47,869 nucleotides of DNA from Nitrospiraceae bacterium. Lineage in GTDB: Bacteria; Nitrospirota; Nitrospiria; Nitrospirales; UBA2166. The notes under the pieces were generated by a model, which saw only the letters and a list, made by a program, of their open reading frames with translations, was not told the DNA's origin and did not search any database. Below are positions 30,255 to 40,421 of the stretch, one piece after another (the first letter of the stretch is position 1; each line of letters begins with the position of its first letter). The stretch covers positions 1 to 47,869 of the forward strand of contig PBSN01000003.1 of assembly GCA_002726235.1 (NCBI GenBank), read 5' to 3'. Both the position numbers and the translations under genes were made by a program.

Positions 30255-31534
30255 GACCGGTCTACATGATCAGTGGCGGAATCACCAAGTTTGCCAAGGC
30301 ACATATCAACAAAGACTTTCGATTGATGGTCAAAGAGGCGTATGACTATGCCTTGCGTGATGTGCCGCGATTCTCAAAAGATATGATTGATGGGGCCGTT
30401 GGGTCCTATTTCTCTGACCACTTCACGAGGCAATTGAAAGCTGCCAGCATGGTGCAGGATTACCTTGGACTCTGTCCCAAGCCATCGAAGAGAGTCGAGG
30501 GAGGAGGCGCCACGGGGGGACTTTGTTTTCAGTCGGCTTGGGAGGCGATTGCGTCTGGGCGGATGAACTGCTGTTTGGCCTTTGGGTTCGAAACCATGTC
30601 GAGGGTCAATACCTGGAAGGGAAACGAATTCATCGCGCTGGCATCGGATACAAACTTTGATTTTCCTGTGGGGGGGTTTTACTCGGGCTATTACGCGATG
30701 ATGGTCCAGCGTCATATGTACGAATTTGGGACAACCGTTGAACAGTTGGCGATGGTGTCGGTTAAGAATCATGTCAATGCGCTATGCAATCCTTATGCCC
30801 AGAAGGCCAAGCGGCTCTCGGTAAAGCAAGTAAGGGAGTCACCGATGGTCGCCACGCCGCTGACAATGGAGGACATCTGCACGATGTCGGATGGGGCGGC
30901 GACGTGCATCCTGGCTTCTGAGGAGCTTGCAGCAAAGGTGTGCGATCGTCCCGTAAGGATTGCCGGGGTAGGATCTGGCTCGGATACGATGCGGATGGCT
31001 GATCGTCCTCATGACAAAGTGATGCTCCTGCCGCATGAGCAAGAATCGGATTATCTTCACCTTCGGTATCCTGGAGTCCATTCCTTTCGGGGAGGTCGGA
31101 TGGCCGGAAAGCTTGCCTATGAGATGGCAGGTATTAGGAATCCACTCGAGGAACTGAGTTTTGTCGAACTTCACGATGCCTACACCTCGTCGGAGATTCA
31201 GACCTATGAGGATCTCGGATTATGCAAATATGGAGAAGGCGGGCGCTTTGTGGAGAGTGGTGCGCCATTCATGGCAGATGTGAACTACGGACTCGATATA
31301 CCAAAGGCAGGACGTCTGCCGGTCAATCCTTCGGGAGGGCTGTTGGCTTGTGGGCACCCGGTGGGCGCGACAGGGCTGATGCAAGCTGTGTTTGCCTTCT
31401 GGCAACTGCAGGGAACAACTAGCAAACACCTTGGAGACGACACGTTGCAGGTGCAACAGGCCAAACGCGGATTGATTCATAGCCATGCGGGTACTGGAAC
31501 ATATATCACCGTTTCCATTTTGGAGGCCACATGA
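30251..31534 (+). CDS. SCP2-type thiolase-like protein lacking the N-terminal catalytic Cys
   Basis: [10 protein letters not shown] at the usual CxS site; [23 protein letters not shown]. Confidence 0.85.
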   Translation: MRPVYMISGGITKFAKAHINKDFRLMVKEAYDYALRDVPRFSKDMIDGAVGSYFSDHFTRQLKAASMVQDYLGLCPKPSKRVEGGGATGGLCFQSAWEAIASGRMNCCLAFGFETMSRVNTWKGNEFIALASDTNFDFPVGGFYSGYYAMMVQRHMYEFGTTVEQLAMVSVKNHVNALCNPYAQKAKRLSVKQVRESPMVATPLTMEDICTMSDGAATCILASEELAAKVCDRPVRIAGVGSGSDTMRMADRPHDKVMLLPHEQESDYLHLRYPGVHSFRGGRMAGKLAYEMAGIRNPLEELSFVELHDAYTSSEIQTYEDLGLCKYGEGGRFVESGAPFMADVNYGLDIPKAGRLPVNPSGGLLACGHPVGATGLMQAVFAFWQLQGTTSKHLGDDTLQVQQAKRGLIHSHAGTGTYITVSILEAT

Positions 31535-32010
31535 AGAGAGGCATTCATATGCACGCACAGGGATCCGTTCTCTTGGGTGTCGATCCATTGGTCTTGCTCG
31601 ATCATTACGAGATCGACTATCACCACAGCTATGCCCAAGACTCGCCATTCTTTGTTGGTCTGAGCAAAAAGAAACTCCTCGGCTCGTGCTGTACGGAATG
31701 TGGATACATCTACGCGACCCCTCGGTCTCATTGTATGGAGTGTGGAGCTGCAACAGATTGGTGCGAACTACCATTAACAGGCCGAGTTCACACGTTCACC
31801 ACCTGTTATTTTGGAGGTGAAGTCTTTCTTGACGAAACCCCGTTTACATTAATCCTTGTGGAGTTCGACGGCGTTGATTCGTTGTTTCTGGCTAGACTGA
31901 AAGGCATGGAACCGTCGACTGTCCACATCGGTTTGCCGGTAGTTGCTCGTTTTGCCAAGACTCCATCGTTTAAGGTGACCGATGTGTGGTTCGAGCACAC
32001 CCACAGGTAA
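31531..32010 (+). CDS. DUF35 Zn-ribbon/OB-fold protein
   Basis: CTECG...PRSHCMECG zinc ribbon followed by OB-fold; overlaps the thiolase-like gene. Confidence 0.9.
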   Translation: MKRGIHMHAQGSVLLGVDPLVLLDHYEIDYHHSYAQDSPFFVGLSKKKLLGSCCTECGYIYATPRSHCMECGAATDWCELPLTGRVHTFTTCYFGGEVFLDETPFTLILVEFDGVDSLFLARLKGMEPSTVHIGLPVVARFAKTPSFKVTDVWFEHTHR

Positions 32011-32746
32011 AGAACCATTAACCCCAGACGTATTAGCCGAACGGGTTAAAAATGGGGACATCCGAGCCATCGCTTGTGTGATCACGGCGCTCGAAAGGCA
32101 CGAGCCTCTTGGAAGTATGACCTTGGGACTCCTTGATACAAACACGCGATGCTCATCGGTGATTGGGGTGACGGGCTACCCGGGTGCAGGAAAGAGTACA
32201 TTAATTGATCAACTTGCGAAGGCGTACAGGCGGCAGGGGGAAAAGGTTGGGATTATTGCGGTAGATGCGACGAGCCCGTTGACAGGAGGAGCCCTTCTCG
32301 GCGACCGCATTCGTATGCAGCAACACACGCAAGATCTCGGGGTCTTCATCCGAAGTATGGCCACGCGTGGTCAACACGGAGGTCTTGCACCCTCAACATA
32401 CAAGGCAGTGCGGGTGTTAGAAGCAGCTGGCTATGGGGTGATTTTTGTTGAGACCGTGGGCGTGGGGCAAGATGAAGGGGACATCACTCATGTCGTCCAG
32501 ACCGTCGTGGTTGTTGTGGCTCCAGGGTTGGGGGACGAAGTACAGGCGATGAAGGCTGGTTTGTTTGAAATCGCACACATCGTTGTTGTGAACAAAGGTG
32601 ATCGTGAGGGGGCAGATACGACCGTGCGAGAACTGCAACAATGGCTTCCTCAAGTTCTCCGCGCAGTGGCCTTAAAAAGCGGCGGTATTTCCGAACTTGT
32701 TGAAGCGATCGAGAGTCATCAACGACAGGGCATGGTGCCTCCATGA
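31982..32746 (+). CDS. meaB: MeaB/ArgK G-protein chaperone of acyl-CoA mutase (short form, start uncertain)
   Basis: GYPGAGKST, GGALLGDRIRM, FIRSMATRG, ETVGVGQ, NKGD. Confidence 0.9.
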   Translation: MCGSSTPTGKEPLTPDVLAERVKNGDIRAIACVITALERHEPLGSMTLGLLDTNTRCSSVIGVTGYPGAGKSTLIDQLAKAYRRQGEKVGIIAVDATSPLTGGALLGDRIRMQQHTQDLGVFIRSMATRGQHGGLAPSTYKAVRVLEAAGYGVIFVETVGVGQDEGDITHVVQTVVVVVAPGLGDEVQAMKAGLFEIAHIVVVNKGDREGADTTVRELQQWLPQVLRAVALKSGGISELVEAIESHQRQGMVPP

Positions 32747-33897
32747 ATTTTGATCTGACAGAAGAGCATCGGCTTATCCGAGAAACAGTTCGCAGGTTTG
32801 CCGAGCAGGAAATCACCCCTGTCGCGGCAGAACATGATCGTGCCAGCCGATTCCCCGATGAACTTGTTCACCGTATGGCAACGTTAGGGTTGTTGGGTGG
32901 ACCAATACCGAAAGAATATGGAGGCTCAGGCCTTGATTTCGTCAGCCATGCTATTCTCACAGAAGAAGTGGGAAAGGCCGATTCCTCACTTCGAACTACT
33001 ATATCGGTACAAGTCTCATTAGTGGAACTGAGTATTTTGCATTGGGGCACGGAAGAACAAAAAAAGCGCTATCTTCCCAAACTCTGTACTGGCCATCTCT
33101 TGGGATGCTTCGGGCTGACCGAGCCAAACGCCGGCAGCGATCCTGCCAGCATGGAGACAACCGCGACTCGCTACGAGAAGCAGTGGGTGCTGAATGGCAG
33201 CAAGATCTGGATCTCAAACGCCACCGTCGCCGATGTGGCCCTTGTCTTCGCACAAACTGATAAAACCAAGGGGCACAATGGGATAGCAGCCTTTCTTATC
33301 GACAAGGGGACATCAGGATTCTCAACCCGCCCGATTACTGGAAAGCTGGGGCTTCGTTCGTCTGATACAGGAGAGTTACTGTTTGAAAATTGTATCGTTT
33401 CAGATAGTTCCCTGCTTGCATCAGCGGGGCAGGGGTTCAAAGTGGCCATGTCGGCATTGGATAATGGACGGTATAGCGTCGCCGCTGGGAGCGTTGGAAT
33501 CATTCAAGGCTGTCTCGATGCCTGCAAACAGTATGTGACGACTAGGCAGCAGTTTGGCAAACCGATAGGACGTTTTCAACTTATCCAAGACATGATTGCC
33601 CGCATGGCGGTTGATCTTGATGCGGCCAGATTGCTTGTGTATCGTGCTGGCCACCTGAAGAATCTAGGCCTGGTGACAACGATTGAGACGTCAATGGCGA
33701 AGTATTTCGCCTCTGAGGCAGCTGTCCGTGCGGCTAGTGATGCCGTTCAAATATTTGGTGCGTACGGCTACTCGGAAGAATCCATAGTGGCACGCTACTA
33801 CCGGGATGCCAAAGTCGCGACAATTTATGAAGGTACGTCACAAATTCAAAAACTGCTGATCGGGTCCCATGTGCTGGGGATGAAAGCGTTTGTGTAG
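32743..33897 (+). CDS. Acyl-CoA dehydrogenase
   Basis: FGLTEPNAGSD, GSKIWISNA, RQQFGKPIG, IYEGTSQIQ. Confidence 0.93.
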   Translation: MNFDLTEEHRLIRETVRRFAEQEITPVAAEHDRASRFPDELVHRMATLGLLGGPIPKEYGGSGLDFVSHAILTEEVGKADSSLRTTISVQVSLVELSILHWGTEEQKKRYLPKLCTGHLLGCFGLTEPNAGSDPASMETTATRYEKQWVLNGSKIWISNATVADVALVFAQTDKTKGHNGIAAFLIDKGTSGFSTRPITGKLGLRSSDTGELLFENCIVSDSSLLASAGQGFKVAMSALDNGRYSVAAGSVGIIQGCLDACKQYVTTRQQFGKPIGRFQLIQDMIARMAVDLDAARLLVYRAGHLKNLGLVTTIETSMAKYFASEAAVRAASDAVQIFGAYGYSEESIVARYYRDAKVATIYEGTSQIQKLLIGSHVLGMKAFV

Positions 33898-34026
33898 GCA
33901 ACGTAACAACGGGTCATCACTCCTTGGATCAGCTTGGTGGAGGAAACTTCCTGAGTTCTCGGGTTAAGAAAACAAGAGCTCTCTTGAGCAGTCGGATGCT
34001 CGATGGCCTGCAAACTGTGCAATTTC

Positions 34027-35110
34027 TCATTTTTCCAGCACCTCATCATATTTGCTCTCTTCCAGTTGAGCGAGGTAGTCCACAATTCTGAACAGTGTTT
34101 TAGCATTGAGCGTCGTACCGAAGTCATCGGGCATCAAGTCCGCGTCAAAACCTGGAACCACATAGAGGTTGGGATCAATGATAGATTCTAGGATGTATTC
34201 GCGAACCGAGGGGGCTACCCCGTGATACCCAGAATCTTTGATCCGTTTTGGCGCATTTGTTTTCAGATACAACTCTGGGCCAAGATCACCAGACTTGGCT
34301 CCTCGAATTCCTGGGATGGAATGGCAGACCGTACACTGAGCCTTCTCGAAAATTTCTGGGAGCGATTCGTTGCCTGTCGTCAGAAGTCCACTGGTGCTGT
34401 CACCACCATGACCCGCATCTACTGTTGATGATACACAAAAGCGGCCGCGGCATTGGGAGATCCTTGCGGCCGCCTCTGCGAAGTCTAGAGCGATCCACGC
34501 ATGGAGGGTTGCCTGATCGACATGCCCTTGTTTGCCATTACTGATCACCTCTTTTACGTGTATCATTGCCTCTTTGATATACGAGGCCGCTTCCTTTTCA
34601 AAAAAAATTGAGTTTCTGCAATGCATCAAGTTCGTGTTTCAGGTTCTCCAGTGCTGTACTCGTGCGCCTATCGGATTCCACAGCATGACTTTCTCCCCAA
34701 TGGCGCATGACACACTCGGCATAAGGGATTGCCTGACTTATATGATCAAGCAACCCGCCCAACCCAACCGCTGTTTTCGGGGTTGAGCTTACCTCCCATT
34801 TCTTCGTGCCGATATCGTTTGTATCGGAATTGCCATTTTGCGACCCACTTGAATTCGTCTCCAGGTTACGGAGCAAAACTTTGGCTAGAGAATCCGCATT
34901 CGAAAGGTTGTGCCGTGTCCATTGATAGAGAATCTTGTCCATGGCTTCATCAACGGATGCAGAGGTTTCTATTGCGCTAGAGCTATGGTGCTGCCTTTCA
35001 ATTCCTTCAGGAATCACCAGCACCTCATGAGCGATCACTACATTGCTCAGAGCGACTAATGCAAAGAGTACAAATCCAATCAGTATTGAAGGCCCTTCTA
35101 TCTTTATCAC
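34027..35110 (-). pseudogene. Exported SmbP-like/monoheme cytochrome c fusion split by one frameshift in a T8 tract
   Basis: GGAGG then GTG at 35110 and a signal peptide; ORFs 34598-35110 and 34027-34629 join as ..KLNFF-EKEA.. if one T is removed from T8 (plus-strand A8 at 34600-34607); CTVCH heme motif and a distal Met in DADLMP. Confidence 0.72.
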
Positions 35111-35268
35111 TAATCCTCCCCTCTAATTGCCTTCAATAGGGCCGGCCATGCGATTTGTTCCATGGGATTATGTCTTCACCAGTCCTGATGACTTTGCTTG
35201 GTTTTGATCGTGTACATCCCACCATCACAGCGTTGGGAAAGCTGGGCCATCCATGAACTTTAAGTTTT

Positions 35269-36267
35269 CTAGGCGCATTTTTTCCGAAGTTTCTTCACTT
35301 CTTCGGTCAGTACCGGCAAAATATCGAAGAGGTTCCCGACTATCCCATAAGTAGCCAACTTGAAAATTGGAGCGGCGGGATTGGAATTAATCGCAACAAT
35401 GACTCGCGCCGAAGACATTCCCGCTTGGTGCTGGATCGCTCCTGAAATTCCACACGCGACATAGCACTGAGGCGAGACGGTCTTGCCGGTCAGTCCAACC
35501 TGATAGCTATGTGGTTTCCACCCAGCATCCACAGCCGCGCGTGATGCGCCAACGGCACCGCCGAGTGCGTTGGCGAGCTCTTCAACTAATTTGAAATTTT
35601 CCGGTCCTTTCAGTCCACGCCCGCCTGAAACGATGATCGGTGCCTCAGTCAACTCGCGCTTTCCACCGACTGTTTGCTGAACCTCGCGGACTTTTGCGAC
35701 GGACCGGGTTCTGGTCGTAGGAAGTGCGAGGTATTCGATTGGGATGCTCGTATTCGGTTTTAGTTCCAACGCAGGAAACACGTTTTGGCGGATGGTCACA
35801 ACCTGCAAGGCCAGGCTGACCGGTTTAACTATGGCCATCAGCTTGCCTCCATACATAGGTCTGGTTGCCACAAGTGAACAATCTTCTTCCATTTTCAATG
35901 AGACGCAATCCTGTACCAGTGCCGTCTTTAGTTTGGCGGCAAGCCTCGGTGCAATGTCTTTTCCCATTGCAGTAGCACCCATGCAAATGGCAACCGGCTG
36001 AAGGCGTGCAGCGAGATCCGACAAGATGGTGGCATACAACTCGGCGGAGTAATGAGCCAGTGAAGCGTTCTCAGCTACGTACACGCGTGAGGCCCCATAA
36101 GCCGAGAGGTCATTCGCTGAGGAAGCCACATCCGAACCAATGATGCACGCACATATGGCCACTCCAGAAGATGTCCCCAAGCGATGTGCTTCCCCCAGCG
36201 CCTCAAGCCCGACGTTCTTAAGTTGACCGTCACGTTGTTCGCAGAACACGAGAATCGAGTTTGGCAT
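35269..36267 (-). CDS. etfA: Electron transfer flavoprotein alpha
   Basis: VSGGRG, GASRAAVDAGW, QVGLTGKTV, GISGAIQHQAGM. Confidence 0.96.
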   Translation of the reverse strand: MPNSILVFCEQRDGQLKNVGLEALGEAHRLGTSSGVAICACIIGSDVASSANDLSAYGASRVYVAENASLAHYSAELYATILSDLAARLQPVAICMGATAMGKDIAPRLAAKLKTALVQDCVSLKMEEDCSLVATRPMYGGKLMAIVKPVSLALQVVTIRQNVFPALELKPNTSIPIEYLALPTTRTRSVAKVREVQQTVGGKRELTEAPIIVSGGRGLKGPENFKLVEELANALGGAVGASRAAVDAGWKPHSYQVGLTGKTVSPQCYVACGISGAIQHQAGMSSARVIVAINSNPAAPIFKLATYGIVGNLFDILPVLTEEVKKLRKKCA

Positions 36268-36293
36268 ACGATGTGAGTCCTTGGGAGGCTCTT

Positions 36294-37097
36294 TCAGATT
36301 AATTTTTCTTCCTCATGCAGAATCCGAACGAGTTCTTTGACGGCAGTAGAGGTGTCACCATCAAGGATACGACCCGTCAGTCGTGTTGGTGGTGGCTCTA
36401 CACGGAGGGTTTTGAGTTTTGCTCCGGACGCGCCAAGCCTTCCTGGATCTATGCCGATATCCTCACAGGTCCAGGTGTTGAGTGGTTTTTGTTTGGCCTT
36501 CATAATTCCGGGGAGAGAGGGGTATCGAGGTTCGTTCAGCCCTTTCTGGCAGGTGATCACAACGGGAAACGACGCTTCTACCACTTCGATGCCATCCTCG
36601 ACTTGTCGATGAGCAACCACTGCTCGTGATACTGGGTGAACTTCGAGCTTGTTCACAACGGCAACATGTGGAATGCCAAGAAGTTCTGCAACTTGGATTC
36701 CTACGGTACCACCATCGTCGTCTACTGCTTGCTTGCCGAAAAGTAAAAGGTCAAAAGGCAACCGTTGTATGGCAGAGGTTAATGCCGTTGCTGTCGTAAA
36801 ACTGTCGCCTCCGTGAAAGGCCGGACCGTCCAACAGGATGGCTTTGTCAGCGCCCATCGCTAGGCAGGTTCGCAGGGCTTCTTCAGGTTTCTGGGACTCA
36901 TGTTGGCGCATGGACAACACTGTGACTTCACCTGCTCCTAGGCGTTCCTTGATTTGCAGTGCCTCTTCGACAGCAAATTCGTCATAAGGGTTTACGATAA
37001 AACTCAGGTTTGACCGGTCTATATCATTTCCATCAGCTACAATCGTCAGCTTTGATTCAGTAGCTGGGACTTGTTTCATGCATACGATGATGTTCAT
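36294..37097 (-). CDS. etfB: Electron transfer flavoprotein beta
   Basis: CMKQVP, NPYDEFAVEEAL, GKQAVDDD, NEPRYPSL. Confidence 0.96.
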   Translation of the reverse strand: MNIIVCMKQVPATESKLTIVADGNDIDRSNLSFIVNPYDEFAVEEALQIKERLGAGEVTVLSMRQHESQKPEEALRTCLAMGADKAILLDGPAFHGGDSFTTATALTSAIQRLPFDLLLFGKQAVDDDGGTVGIQVAELLGIPHVAVVNKLEVHPVSRAVVAHRQVEDGIEVVEASFPVVITCQKGLNEPRYPSLPGIMKAKQKPLNTWTCEDIGIDPGRLGASGAKLKTLRVEPPPTRLTGRILDGDTSTAVKELVRILHEEEKLI

Positions 37098-37114
37098 AAG
37101 TAGTTACGTTGGAT

Positions 37115-38230
37115 CTAGAATGCTGACCACCGCCTGTGACGCATGGCAGCACGCACCCGTTGCTCCGCGAGCTTCAGCGCGGCCTCCCGGGGTGTGCAGT
37201 GGTCCGCTCGCGAGTCCTCTAACACTCGCCGAGTGTTGTGTCGGACCTTTTCTTTCACAGTCTGCATTGCAACAATCTCACTCGCACCCTGCCATTCCAT
37301 CGCCGCACAGATTACCCCGCCAGCATTCGCGATGAAATCAGGAAGACAGATGATCCCTTTGTTGTTGAGGAATCGTTCGGCTTCGTCCGTCACAGCGATA
37401 TTTGCTCCTGGCGAAATGAGGCGCGTTTTCAGACGTTCTACATTCCCTTTATGCACAACATCCGGGCGGGCCGCTGGAATCCAGATCTCACATTCGATAT
37501 CGATCAATGCATCTTGGTTTTGCTTCTCTCCATCTTCATACTCGATGACGCTTTTGCCACTTTTTACCAGTCCTATCAATGCGTCAATGTCGATACCTTT
37601 GGGATTTGCGATCGACCCTCTTGAATCCGCGACGCCCACCAAGTTGGCTCCCTGTTCTCCAAGAAACTTCGCCGCGTGCATTCCTACTGCGCCAAATCCT
37701 TGAATCACCATCCGAGTACCCTTGATTCCCAAATTGCAGAACTCAAGTGCGACCTCGGTTGCATGTCTCACACCCCAACCGGTAGCACCGATTTCATCCA
37801 AAGGAATCCCACCGAGTTCGCGAGGCAAACCGGTTGCCCGACCAATTTCGTCATGGATCCACGCCATGCATTCCTCGTCGGTGCCCATGTCAGGTCCAAA
37901 GATATACTCGACGGTGTCTCGCAGCGCGCAGGCAAAGGCGCGAATTCGGCGTTCTTTGTCTTGTTTTGGCATGGCAGGGTCCCCGTGAAACACGCTTTTT
38001 CCACCACCGTGAGGGAGCCCGGCCGCGGCATTTTTGAAGGTCATCGTGCGCGCAAGTCGGAAGCATTCTTCGGTGCTGACATCTTCTGCCATACGCATGC
38101 CGCCGATCGATGGGCCGATGGCGATGTTGTCGATGACAACGATGCCCTGTAGCCCCACGGATGGCTCATGCACATGGATAATCTTCAGCGGTCCCAGATC
38201 ATCAGCATAGTTGAGCATGTTATCTATCAT
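37115..38230 (-). CDS. Glu/Leu/Phe/Val dehydrogenase, probably specific for branched-chain amino acids
   Basis: GPSIGGMRM, MTFKNA, GGGKS, GPDMGT, QGFGAVG, PDFIANAGGV. Confidence 0.9.
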   Translation of the reverse strand: MIDNMLNYADDLGPLKIIHVHEPSVGLQGIVVIDNIAIGPSIGGMRMAEDVSTEECFRLARTMTFKNAAAGLPHGGGKSVFHGDPAMPKQDKERRIRAFACALRDTVEYIFGPDMGTDEECMAWIHDEIGRATGLPRELGGIPLDEIGATGWGVRHATEVALEFCNLGIKGTRMVIQGFGAVGMHAAKFLGEQGANLVGVADSRGSIANPKGIDIDALIGLVKSGKSVIEYEDGEKQNQDALIDIECEIWIPAARPDVVHKGNVERLKTRLISPGANIAVTDEAERFLNNKGIICLPDFIANAGGVICAAMEWQGASEIVAMQTVKEKVRHNTRRVLEDSRADHCTPREAALKLAEQRVRAAMRHRRWSAF

Positions 38231-38353
38231 CCCTATGCCTCCTGTTATCTCTCCGCTCTCCTACACTTCCCGAAATCGTGAGGTGAAATACCGTAGCGTG
38301 GACGCTGTCTCGACTATTTCTAGTGGGCGCAGTTTCTCTTTTCATGAAAGACC

Positions 38354-40063
38354 TTAAAGACCCTGGTAGCGGGGCCCTCCCTCCGCAGGTGCGCGCCAAA
38401 TGATGTTTTGGACGCCATCGCCCTCACTCACGTCGATTGGATCCTTGATGACACAGGTTTTGCAATGCACGCAGTTCGAAAAATTGACGCGAATGTGGAG
38501 GTCATCCCCTTGGCCGATGAGTTCATACACCTTGGCTGGGCAGAAATACGTGCATGGCGCGTCACCGTATCGAGGGATGCAATCGGTGAGGCAACGGGAA
38601 GGGTCGACGATCCGGATATGTGAAGGTTGGTCCTCACGGTGTTCAGTGCCAGAATGAAACACATCCGTCAGTTTGTCGGCGAGGACCCCAGCATCATATT
38701 GGGCTGGTTCATGAGTCCTTTGCTTGGCTATGGCATTTTCATGATGCTGAAGATATGTGAAGTCTTCGCGCATACGGCCGGGTCGGGTTGGGCCAAGACC
38801 GGTCCACATCGTCAACCCGCCGAGTGCTAAACCAGGGTAGAAACCCAAGGCAAACATTCTTCGGAAGTTGCGGACATGATGCAGATCCCGTATGACGTAG
38901 GTTCCTTCTAGGCGCGACTCATATGAGGACAAGGCGGAAGCAGACACATTGCCCGAGTGCAGTGCATCGACAATTGTCTCAGCTGCCACCATCCCACTCT
39001 TCATGGCATAGTGAATCCCTTTGAGATATGGGACATTGAGAAACCCTGCCGAGTCGCCAATAAGCAATGCGCCGTCTGTGTACAAGCGTGGAATGGCAAA
39101 AACCCCTCCTTCAGGGAGCGTTTTCGCTCCATAGGCGACGACTACCCCTCCCGCAATGAACTGTTGAATCAGGGGATGTTTTTTGAGTTGTTGGAGCTGC
39201 GCGTGCGGATCCATTCGAGGATCGTCCCAATCCAACCCACACACTATACCAACCGCATACAGATGATCGTCGATGCCATAACAAAATCCCCCACCGAACA
39301 CGCGTGATCCAAGCGGATACCCAAGGGTGTGAATGGCCAAGCCAGGGGACCCTGGATTTCTGACGCGGATCATTTCCTTTACTCCTAGCGCATAGGATTG
39401 TGGAGTTTTTCCTTTTCGCAAGTTGAATTTATGGATTACATCCTCAGCCAAAGTTCCACGCGGTCCTTCTCCGAATACCGTAATTTTCGCCTGGATTCGT
39501 GTTCCAGGTTCATAGTTCGCCTTCCTGCCACCATCGGAATCCAGCCCCTTTTCTCCGGTCAGAACCCCACACACGTAGTCGTTGTCGTACAAGACCTTAG
39601 TCCCACACGTTTCGTTGAATAGATGGACTCCGGCATCCTCAACCTGCTGTGCGAGCCACAGGTTGAGTTTTTGAAGGGATCCAACGTAACAGCCCGTACT
39701 TCGGTAGGCGGGTGGAATCACCCAAGGCGGAATCTGGTAGGCGTGTTCAGTCGTCAGATAGTGCACTTCGTGTGCAGTAGCTGTAACTGGAAATGGAAAT
39801 TCTTGTTTCGCATAATCAGGCATCAGTTCCTCAAGTGCTCGCGGATCGAAGAGGGCCCCGGAGATTGCGTGGGCGCCAACATCCCGTCCTTTCTCAATAA
39901 TCGCAATCTGAGGCTCTAACTTCCGGTCTCGAAGGGCACCCGCGGCTATCCGTTCGTTAGAGCGTGCTACGAGCTTAGTAAGATGCAATGCGCCAGCTAG
40001 GCTAGCTGGGCCTCCTCCAACGAAAAGCACATCGACATCGAGTGAGTTGAAATTTTCACTCAT
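38354..40063 (-). CDS. ETF:quinone oxidoreductase
   Basis: ATG at 40063 after AAGGAG; FAD motif VGGGPA, GDSAGF, KGIHYAMKSG; C-terminal 4Fe-4S CPAKVY...NCVHCKTC. Confidence 0.93.
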   Translation of the reverse strand: MSENFNSLDVDVLFVGGGPASLAGALHLTKLVARSNERIAAGALRDRKLEPQIAIIEKGRDVGAHAISGALFDPRALEELMPDYAKQEFPFPVTATAHEVHYLTTEHAYQIPPWVIPPAYRSTGCYVGSLQKLNLWLAQQVEDAGVHLFNETCGTKVLYDNDYVCGVLTGEKGLDSDGGRKANYEPGTRIQAKITVFGEGPRGTLAEDVIHKFNLRKGKTPQSYALGVKEMIRVRNPGSPGLAIHTLGYPLGSRVFGGGFCYGIDDHLYAVGIVCGLDWDDPRMDPHAQLQQLKKHPLIQQFIAGGVVVAYGAKTLPEGGVFAIPRLYTDGALLIGDSAGFLNVPYLKGIHYAMKSGMVAAETIVDALHSGNVSASALSSYESRLEGTYVIRDLHHVRNFRRMFALGFYPGLALGGLTMWTGLGPTRPGRMREDFTYLQHHENAIAKQRTHEPAQYDAGVLADKLTDVFHSGTEHREDQPSHIRIVDPSRCLTDCIPRYGDAPCTYFCPAKVYELIGQGDDLHIRVNFSNCVHCKTCVIKDPIDVSEGDGVQNIIWRAPAEGGPRYQGL

Positions 40064-40093
40064 GGCTTTCTCCTTCAACACTGTAGGTAGCGG

Positions 40094-40109
40094 AGCAATT
40101 TGTGTACCA
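40094..40109 (-). promoter_or_regulatory. Sigma-54 promoter of the ETF-QO operon
   Basis: Minus strand TGGTACACAAATTGCT. Confidence 0.78.
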
Positions 40110-40303
40110 TCAGAGACTTACAAAGCGAGCCAGTGCGAAAGGGACTGAGGCAAGCCGACCAAGTCCGGCAACGCTATGTGTGGGGAAGTGCCACAGAAGA
40201 GAAACAAGCCGACATCGGCATTGTTGCGCTCAGCAATATTTCATCATTCAGTAGCGCAATCAATACAATCGGTACAATTCAAGACTGTACTTGGCTAGCT
40301 AGT

Positions 40304-40334
40304 ACGAACGGTCGTAAAAACGACGATATCTCGT
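40304..40334. promoter_or_regulatory. Putative upstream activator sequence, tandem ACGA-N4-TCGT
   Basis: CGAACGGTCG-N9-CGATATCTCG, same geometry as 20300-20328. Confidence 0.68.
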
Positions 40335-40405
40335 GCGTCAGTGCAGGAAGACTCCTGTCGTCAGCATCCAGCCAGCGATTGGCAGCATCTCTCGAAAAGC
40401 GACAA

Positions 40406-40421
40406 TGGTACGAACTTTGCT
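40406..40421 (+). promoter_or_regulatory. Sigma-54 promoter of the prpD operon
   Basis: TGGTACGAACTTTGCT. Confidence 0.8.

Noticed and set aside
40125..40200. GAAA-capped hairpin and GGGAAG, suggestive of a c-di-GMP or cobalamin riboswitch
   Set aside because: Conserved cores could not be matched by eye, and the segment lies upstream of both predicted TSSs; an Rfam/Infernal scan would be needed.
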